This document shows positions 1-7,400 of a DNA stretch of 9,865 nucleotides, piece after piece. A program made the position numbers and the translations under genes. This stretch comes from Amoebophrya sp. A120 (lineage: Eukaryota > Protista > Dinoflagellata), in assembly GCA_905178155.1 (NCBI GenBank), contig CAJINV010000037.1, positions 29,760 to 39,624 of the forward strand. The letters are read 5' to 3'. The notes under the pieces were generated by a model. That model searched no databases. It worked only from the letters and a program-made list of their open reading frames with translations, and had not been told where the DNA came from. Positions within the stretch are counted from its first letter, which is position 1. The number at the start of each line of letters is the position of its first letter.

Positions 1-430
1 GGAAGGAAAGTGGAAGGAAAGTGGAAGGAAAGTGGAAGGAAAGTGGAAGGAAAGTGGCAGGAAAGTGGCAGGAAAGTGGAAGGAAAGTGGAAGGAAAGTG
101 GAAGGAAAGCGGAAGGAAAGCGGAAGGAAAGTGGAAGGGAAGTGGAAGGAAAGCGGAAGGAAAGCGGAAGGAAAGCGGAGGGAAAGCGGAAGGAAAGTGG
201 AAGGAAAATGGAAGGAAAGCGGAAGGAAAGTGGATGGAAAGTGGAAGGAAAGTGGAAGGAAAGTGGAAGAAAGTGGAAGGAAAGTGGAAGGAAAATGGAA
301 GGAAAGCGGAAGGAAATTGGAAGGAAAAGTGGAAGGAAAAGTGGAAAGAAAAGTGGAAGGAAAGTTGAAGGAAACAAAGTGGAAGGAAACCGGACGGAAA
401 CGGGAAGGAAACGGGAAGGAAACCGGAAGG
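1..430. repeat. 11-bp purine-rich minisatellite (GGAAGGAAAGT/C)n, degenerating after ~360, truncated by the window start
   Basis: Directly visible periodicity; it explains the three low-complexity ORFs at 10-462. Confidence 0.97.
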
Positions 431-437
431 AGACCGC

Positions 438-497
438 AAGCCGGGTAAGTGACGCTAAATAGTATCTAAGCCGGGCAAGTAACCCTAAGTAGTATGT
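438..497. repeat. Two imperfect tandem copies of a ~30-bp unit
   Basis: aagccgggtaagtgacgctaaatagtatct followed by aagccgggcaagtaaccctaagtagtatgt. Confidence 0.8.
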
Positions 498-608
498 TCC
501 CCCCCCCCCAGCCCCCCCGCAAATCATGGTGCTAGCGACGCCCGGGGGTCGCCAGAATTGCGGTGGTAAATGCTGCAGCGCGGAAAAAAATCGAAGCTTC
601 AAGGAAAA

Positions 609-1447
609 TCACGACCCCGCGGCATTTCGATGCGCATGACAAACGTTCACGCCCAACTGGTACAAACCCTCTTTCCTCACTTCCATAACTACCCCCATGT
701 TGTTCGCAAAGTGCGTGCTGTGCGTCACCGTGTCATTTGTCGTATTACTATCGCCACTTGGCATCACGGTTGTCACAACCAGTTTCTCGCTCGCTTTCTG
801 AAGCAGCAACTCGTACAAAAACCGCTTTTCATCGTCCCGGAGGTAAGCGTATCGAGAGATCAGCGACTGAACCAAAGTCTGCATCTCCTGACCACCAACC
901 GTCGCGTTGCGCGCGTCGGCGAGCTGCATCGGGTTGGGAAAACTTGGCATCGCTGTCAACCCCATAGCCACGTCGTCCATTTGCTCCCGCCCTTGAGATC
1001 CCATCCGGAACATCATCAAGTCTTGAAAACTTTTCTCCGCCACAGAGTACTCACCGAGCAGCTGCGTGGGGAGTTTTGCGATCAAGATTTTCTCCAGAAG
1101 AGAATCGTGGAGGAGTCTTTGCTGCGAAGTTCCTTGTTGTGAAGCTGATGTTGATCCTGTGGTGGTTGCGGGCGAGTTATCAGCACCCGAGCCTGTCGCA
1201 TCTCCAGTCCCCGAAGCTGTTCCATTCATTGTGTCAGAAGAGGACGCCGCTTGCTGCTGCGCTGAAACCGGCGGTGCAGAAGCCACCATATTCCCACCAC
1301 TGTAAGAAACTCCAGCTTCCGTCGTGAACTCCGTAAGGTGTGCGACTTCTGCGTAAGGCCAAGCAGAATCAACAACCGCGTTGTTGTGCCTTTGCATGGC
1401 CAATTCCGTAAATGACATCACTTCTTCGTAGACCAATTCCCGCATGT
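609..1447 (-). CDS. Exon 10 (..NMRELVYEEVMSF...); may end at 688 if a further element starts at 687
   Basis: ORF 609-1445; joins exon 9 as VPEQS|NMREL. Confidence 0.8.
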
Positions 1448-4400
1448 TCGACTATGAACTGCAAAAGTATAGTATCGCACTCGTATAAATGCATGACAAA
1501 TTCCCTCAGCATGAGAAATAAAATTTGTAATGCGGATTTACATTGAGAAAAAAATTTGCAATGCATGACTGCAATACGAGTACGATACTTCTGCACAGGA
1601 TATCGACTGCTCCGGAACCAATCGGTAGTTCATCGGAAGGTTCTCCAAGTACAGATCCAAATTCCCCTGCGCGTCGTACGCTTCTCGGTAGCACGGGACG
1701 CGGGTCAAATCGTCTAGAAGTACGGATTCTGGCGGAACGGGGGGGAAACCACTATCAGCACCGCCAGCAGGAGAAGCAGGAGTATCTGCCACAACAGACA
1801 CGTTGGACGCATTAGTGTCATTCACGTCCACGTCGTCGTTGTCGTCGAAGAAGAATCGAGAACTGTTGCTCGTGTTTGTCATGTTGGAAGCGTTGGTAAA
1901 GTTGGAGAAATTGCTGGAGTAGTCCTCTGTTTCGTTGGTACCAGCTTGCTGTTGCTGCCCTTGGCCTTGCGTGTCATTTGTCGTATTGCCATCTCCCGCG
2001 AAAGTGCTTTCCACAGCAGAGGTTTCATTACTTCCATTTGTCGAATTCAAATCGAAGGACTCTTCCTCACTTCCAGCTGATGTTGAACCACCACTAGTAC
2101 TCTGTGAAGATGCAGTAGCTGCACTGCTAACCTGCTTCCGCCACTCCGCCTCTTTACTATCGTCACACTTCGGGAACCTTTTTCGAATCACGTCCAACCA
2201 AGACGTTTTCGTTTCCGCGTGGGAAAACGTGCATCCGATGCACCTCTGCTTTGGCTTATGAGAGGGCACAACTCCCCCTCCCCCTCATTTGTAATGCAAA
2301 ATACCAAACTCACACCCTGCTCGCAAGCACTGTTAGCATAACAAATTTTGGAACCTCAAATAGTACTACAATCCGCATGTAGATTTTGTCATGCGAAAGC
2401 CCCCTTTCTGCTGTTGCTCGTGTTGCTGTTCATGCTATACAAATGAGTGGGAGGGGGAATTGTGCGCATTCATATGGCTGGTAGCAGTTCAAGCAGCAAT
2501 CATCGAACTCGACACACTGCTCGTCGCAGTAGCAGGTCTGGAGTTCCGCGAAACAAAAATCTTCTTCTGGTATCACATTGTGCTGCGCGTCGAAGGTGAC
2601 GAATTGCAAAAGTTGCTCCGCTTCCTGGTCTGTGAGATTCAGTTGCTGCCCGGTGGGGTTTATGTTTTGTGCGGCCGCATGCTGCACCAGCAGTTCCTCC
2701 GCCGAAATCGCGTCGCCGACTAGATTGAAACAATCTGAATGTGGCAGAGGAACAAAAACCGGCTGCGGTTGTTCTTCACAAACGACATAGGTGTAGTTCG
2801 TCACATTCGTTTCGTTCTCGTAGACCATATCCCACGAAAAAAGTGTTACAGTTACATATTCGTTGTCAATTCCGCAACACAAATTTTCTCTGCATGAGAG
2901 AGAAACCTTGTAATGCAGAAAACATAAGGGAAAACAGGAAGGAAATCAGGATCCAAAGCATTTCCTGCATGAGAAAGGCTGTCTGTGTTGCCGGTCTTGC
3001 AACACAATGTGTAACTGTAACACTTTTTTCGTCCCATAGACCAACTCGTCGAAGTAGTACGTGTAGTTCGTGATGTATCGCCAGAAAAAAACTGTTTCGC
3101 TGTAAATTTGTAATGCAGAAAATGTATCTCACAAGTGATTGTCTTGCTACACATGCAAAACAGTGGATTTTTAGCTGTGTTTTCCCTTAGGAACCTTGCA
3201 GTTGCATGGCAAATTTTCTCTGTCATGCAGAACAAACTTGTGATGCAAAACCTGCAAAATCCTTACAGTGAAACAGTTTTTTCTTACGATATGATGTTCG
3301 TTTCGTTCTCCGTCAGAACTTCGTCGAAGAAAAACGTGTAGTTCGTCACATTGGTTTCATTTTCCACAATCATCTCATCGTAGAAGAAAGTGAAGTTGGT
3401 GACATTCGTGAAGTTTTCGAATTGATCCGCGGTCGAACTGTTCGTATCATTCGTGTCGTTTGTCACGTTGGACTCGTTCGTACCATTCGTTGTACTAGTA
3501 CCATGCCCAGCCAGCGACCTTTTCCACGCACTGCGCTTTACAACTTCTTCCCCTCGGAGCGCTTCGTAGACAGAATTCGTGTCGTCATCATCGCCGAGTA
3601 AGGAGCCGGCAGAAAAGAGGTCCTCCTGCTGTCTCAACCTGCGGAGCATCGCAGGGCTGGCGCCTGAGTTTTGTACGATCCGCTGCACGACAACTCTGTT
3701 CTGCCTGATTTCCGACCTCGTTTCCGTTCTTTCCGTTCGGTACTGCACTCTGCTCTCCCTTAACTCCGACTTTTGAATTACTGTTGTTGTCGTAAAGGGC
3801 ACGACATTTTGCCTCGGCTCCGACTTTGTCACCAAAGATTCCACCGTGAAGGGGACTTCCTCGTAGAACCGCGCATCTCTACATACCGGCTCCACCCGCG
3901 CGGGCGGTTTGGGACAAAGCCCGGCGCCGAGATAAGCTTCCCAGGAGTTCAGGTTCCAGGTACTGGAATTTGAATTTGACGTGTAATTCGCGATACTTCC
4001 AGTCGCGTTCACCAATCGGAACTGGATCTGGTTCACAACCTTGTCTTCCCAGCAGGCGACGGTTTGTTGGAAATCTTCAACTGTTAACAACGAGCTGCAG
4101 GGGCGGAACTTTCTTGTTAAACTCCTAGCTTATCAACTGCAAAAATGCCTGGGAGGTCGGGAACGTTGCAAGACTTGTCATGCGGGTTTTCCATGACCTA
4201 TCGGACTCGGAATGCGAGACCCAGCATAACAGACTCTTTGAGGTCTCTATCATGCCTTTCCTGCATGAGAAACTCCCTCACAACTTGGTCAAAAGCGGAA
4301 AGCTTTTGGTACTCACGCAACACAGATTTTTGCATCCTTCAGATTTAGCATGACCAGTTGCAACCTTCCAGACCCAGACACTTGCGCAATCCATATCGCT

Positions 4401-7400
4401 TTCCGTCTCACCACTGCGTTCTTCCAGCACTTCCCCGTGCAGTTTTGCTCGGACGCGCCATACGTGCTGTACAAATCGATGTGGGTTTTGCCCTGGACAT
4501 TCTGCTCCAAGACGATGTTTCTTTCTGCGGTGAGTAATTCTCGTTTTTCCACCACTTGTCCAGCAGCGTAATCAGCAGCCTGCTGCATCGCCAAATTTTT
4601 ATAGACAACCACTTCTGTTTGGTAATTTTGCTCGGACCCGTTCACGACCACCGGAGTTCGGAGAGTTTTCGTCGCGTGGTCGTGAATCGTGCCAGAAACG
4701 GTCGTGGAGTCACCACTACTTCCCGCGGTTGCACCAAAAACCTCCGTGCAATTCATATTTTCCAGTGCTTCAAACATAGTAACATAGGTTTTTTCCATGT
4801 CGAAAAGCTCTGTCTCCATTGACGTCTGGTTCGAGCAGGAAAAGGCTCCTCTTGGAATCGTATGGATTGTAAAAGTGTCTGGGTCTGGAAGAGTGCAAGA
4901 TTTGTGATGCAGGTTTTCCATGGCCCATGAGGTCTGGAATGCGAGACCCAGCATGACAGATTCTTTGAGGTCTCTATCATGCCTTTCCTGCATGAGAATC
5001 TCCCTCCCAACTTGGTCAAAAGCGGACAGCTTTTGGTACTGACGCAACACAGATTTCTGCATCATTCAGATTTAGCATGACAAGTTCTAATCTTCCAGAC
5101 CCAGACATTTTTGCATTTGATAAATCGGTAGGGCGTCGTAGTGCAGTCCCTTCTTGCCGTAGTTCCAACACACATCGGCGTGCATGCCGTTCACATTCTT
5201 GTACTTGCTCAGCCTGCTACTGTTCCGCCCGTGCGCCATATCCAAGAAAAAAACTGTGTTACTGTAACTTTCTTTGGTTGACAGCATCACAAATTTGCTC
5301 TACATGACAGAGAAAACCTGTCATGCGCGGCTTGTAAGGGAAAACACACACGAACAGAGGACTTCATGGCTGTCTGGCATGACAGGCGTGCCTCTGTTGC
5401 ATGTTCTGCATTGCAGAGTTACACTTACACGGTTTTTTTCTTGCATACGCCATGTAGATGTTGCACCGACCGACATTCGGGTACATCCGCTTGAAATCAT
5501 CCATGCAGAAATCGGCGCCGGTGCATTTACTATTCTCGACGTTTTCTAATCTCAGAACTTTGCTCTTCGCGTAGAATGGAGATGGCTGGACGCAGGGCTG
5601 CTGTAAGCTGACCAGCCCGGATTGCTTGTCTAGCATTTCTTCATCCGGTAAAGACAAAACATCGGCGTGTGAGTAGATGGAGGGAGCAATGATTTCGCCC
5701 GTTTCGTTTCCTTCGATGTCTAATATGGAGATGTTCGTCATGAGGTTTGTCACGAGTTCGTAGTGGAGATTCGACTGCGTTTTAATCGGGATAGAATCTA
5801 GAAGTGACAGCTGGTACGCCGGGACTGACAAACCCGTCGACGCGTGGACCCCGGAGAGGATTACATTTTTGTTGTGAAGGACTGAAAACTCATTTTTCCC
5901 GACAAGGACATTAGCTGCATTCTGTTCCACGAAATGCTGCGGGCTGGAGCTGTAGACACCGTACAGTGGTTTCGTGTGCGGGGTGTGATCAAACGTGGTT
6001 GCGTTTGTAGCTGTGGCAGATGGTGCTGCCGTTTCGCAGGTCGGAAATTTCTCCTCGACCTGCCTGCCCCAGTTGCGAGATATGGAATTGCGGCCTGGGT
6101 TTGCCGAATTGAGCTTCATCACTGTTTTGCATACTTACTTGAACTTCGACTTTGCTCGGAACGCGACTGCAACGCGCAAATGCGTTCCGAGCAAAATGGG
6201 GAACTCCATCGCGATTGCGTTCCGAGCAGCCGACATTTTCTACGGACACCTTCTACGGAAATCACAAAAATTCGCCAGCTTTTTTCTGCGCAGTTGCTGG
6301 TAGAAAATTTCGGGCGCTCGGAACGCAACCAGGATGGTGCTCTGGACTTTGCTCGGAACGCGTTGAGCGCCCATCACCCACTGCCCCAAACACCCAGACT
6401 CCCACCCTGATTGGGTTCCGGGGTGCCCGAAAATCACAAAAATTCGCCAGCTTTTTTTTGCGCAGTTGCTGGTAGAAAATTACGGGCGCTCGGAACGCAA
6501 CCAGGATGGTGCTCTGGACTTTGCTCGGAGCGCGTTTGTGCGTTCCGAGCGCCCGTCATCCACTGCCCCAAACACCCAGACACCCACCCTGATTGCGTTC
6601 CAGGGTGCCCGGAAATCACAAAAATTCGCCAGCTTTTTTTTGCGCAGTTGCTGGTAGAAAATTTCGGGCGCTCGGAACGCAACCAGGATGGTGCTCTGGA
6701 CTTTGCTCGGAACGCGTTTGTGCGTTCCGAGCGCCCATCATCCACTGCCCCAAACACCCAGACAACCACCCTGATTGCGTTCCGGGGTGCCCGGAAACCA
6801 CAAAAATTCGCCAGCTTTTTTTTGCGCAGTTGCTGGTAGAAAATTTCGGGCGCTCGGAACGCAACCAGGATGTTGCTCTGGACCTTGCTCGGAACGCGTT
6901 TGTGCGTTCCGAGCGCCCATCACCCACTGCCCTGAACATCCAGACTCCCACCTTGATTGCGTTCCGGGGTGCCCGGAAATCACATAAATTCGCCAGTTTT
7001 TTTCTGCGCAGTTTCTGGTGGAAAATTTCGGGCGCTCGGATCGCAACCAGGATGGCGCTCTGGACTTTGCTCGGAACGCGTTTGTGCGTTCCGAGCGCCC
7101 CCCACCCACTGCCCTGAACACCCAGACCCCCACCCTGATTGGGTTCCGGGGTTCCCGGAAATCACAAAAATTCGCCAGATTTTTTTTTGCGCAGTTGCTG
7201 GTAGAAAATTTCGGGCGCTCGGAACGCAGCCAGGATGGTGCTCTGGACTTTGCTCGGAACGCGTTTGTGCGTTCCGAGCGCCCACCACCCACTACCCTGA
7301 ACACCCAGACTCCCACCATGATTGCGCTCCGGGGTGCCCGGAAATCACAAAAATTCGCCTGTTTTTTTTTTGCGCATTTGCTGGTAGAAAATTTCGGGCG

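Noticed and set aside
10-462. Three overlapping + strand ORFs
   Set aside because: Translation of an 11-bp stop-free minisatellite
480-488. taaccctaa telomere-like motif
   Set aside because: Single short occurrence inside a 30-bp duplication; not an array
570-1327. + strand ORFs overlapping the exons (also elsewhere in the window)
   Set aside because: Antisense shadows of the - strand gene with no recognisable domains
1452-1588. Canonical GT-AG intron alternative for A (GTATCG...TTCATAG, 137 nt, also in frame)
   Set aside because: Formally possible and not excluded without cDNA, but it would leave part of the TIR in the exon and breaks the rule that fits the other elements
2272-2467. GC-AG alternative for intron B
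   Set aside because: In frame, but it ignores the perfect tggct repeat and TAT/ATA ends and leaves element sequence in both exons
2831-3035. 3-bp ccc TSD around the perfect 23-bp inverted repeat of C1
   Set aside because: Removing 202 nt shifts the frame; the gacca/TAT..ATA boundary restores the 18-aa repeat exactly
3075-3295. U12-type AT-AC intron register for C2
   Set aside because: Arises from the TSD sequence by chance; lacks the ATATCC 5' consensus
4861-5065. N-terminal part of ORF 4313-5065 as a duplicated protein domain or transposase fragment
   Set aside because: Lies within element E; the sibling copy D has a stop in the equivalent frame; no transposase motif seen
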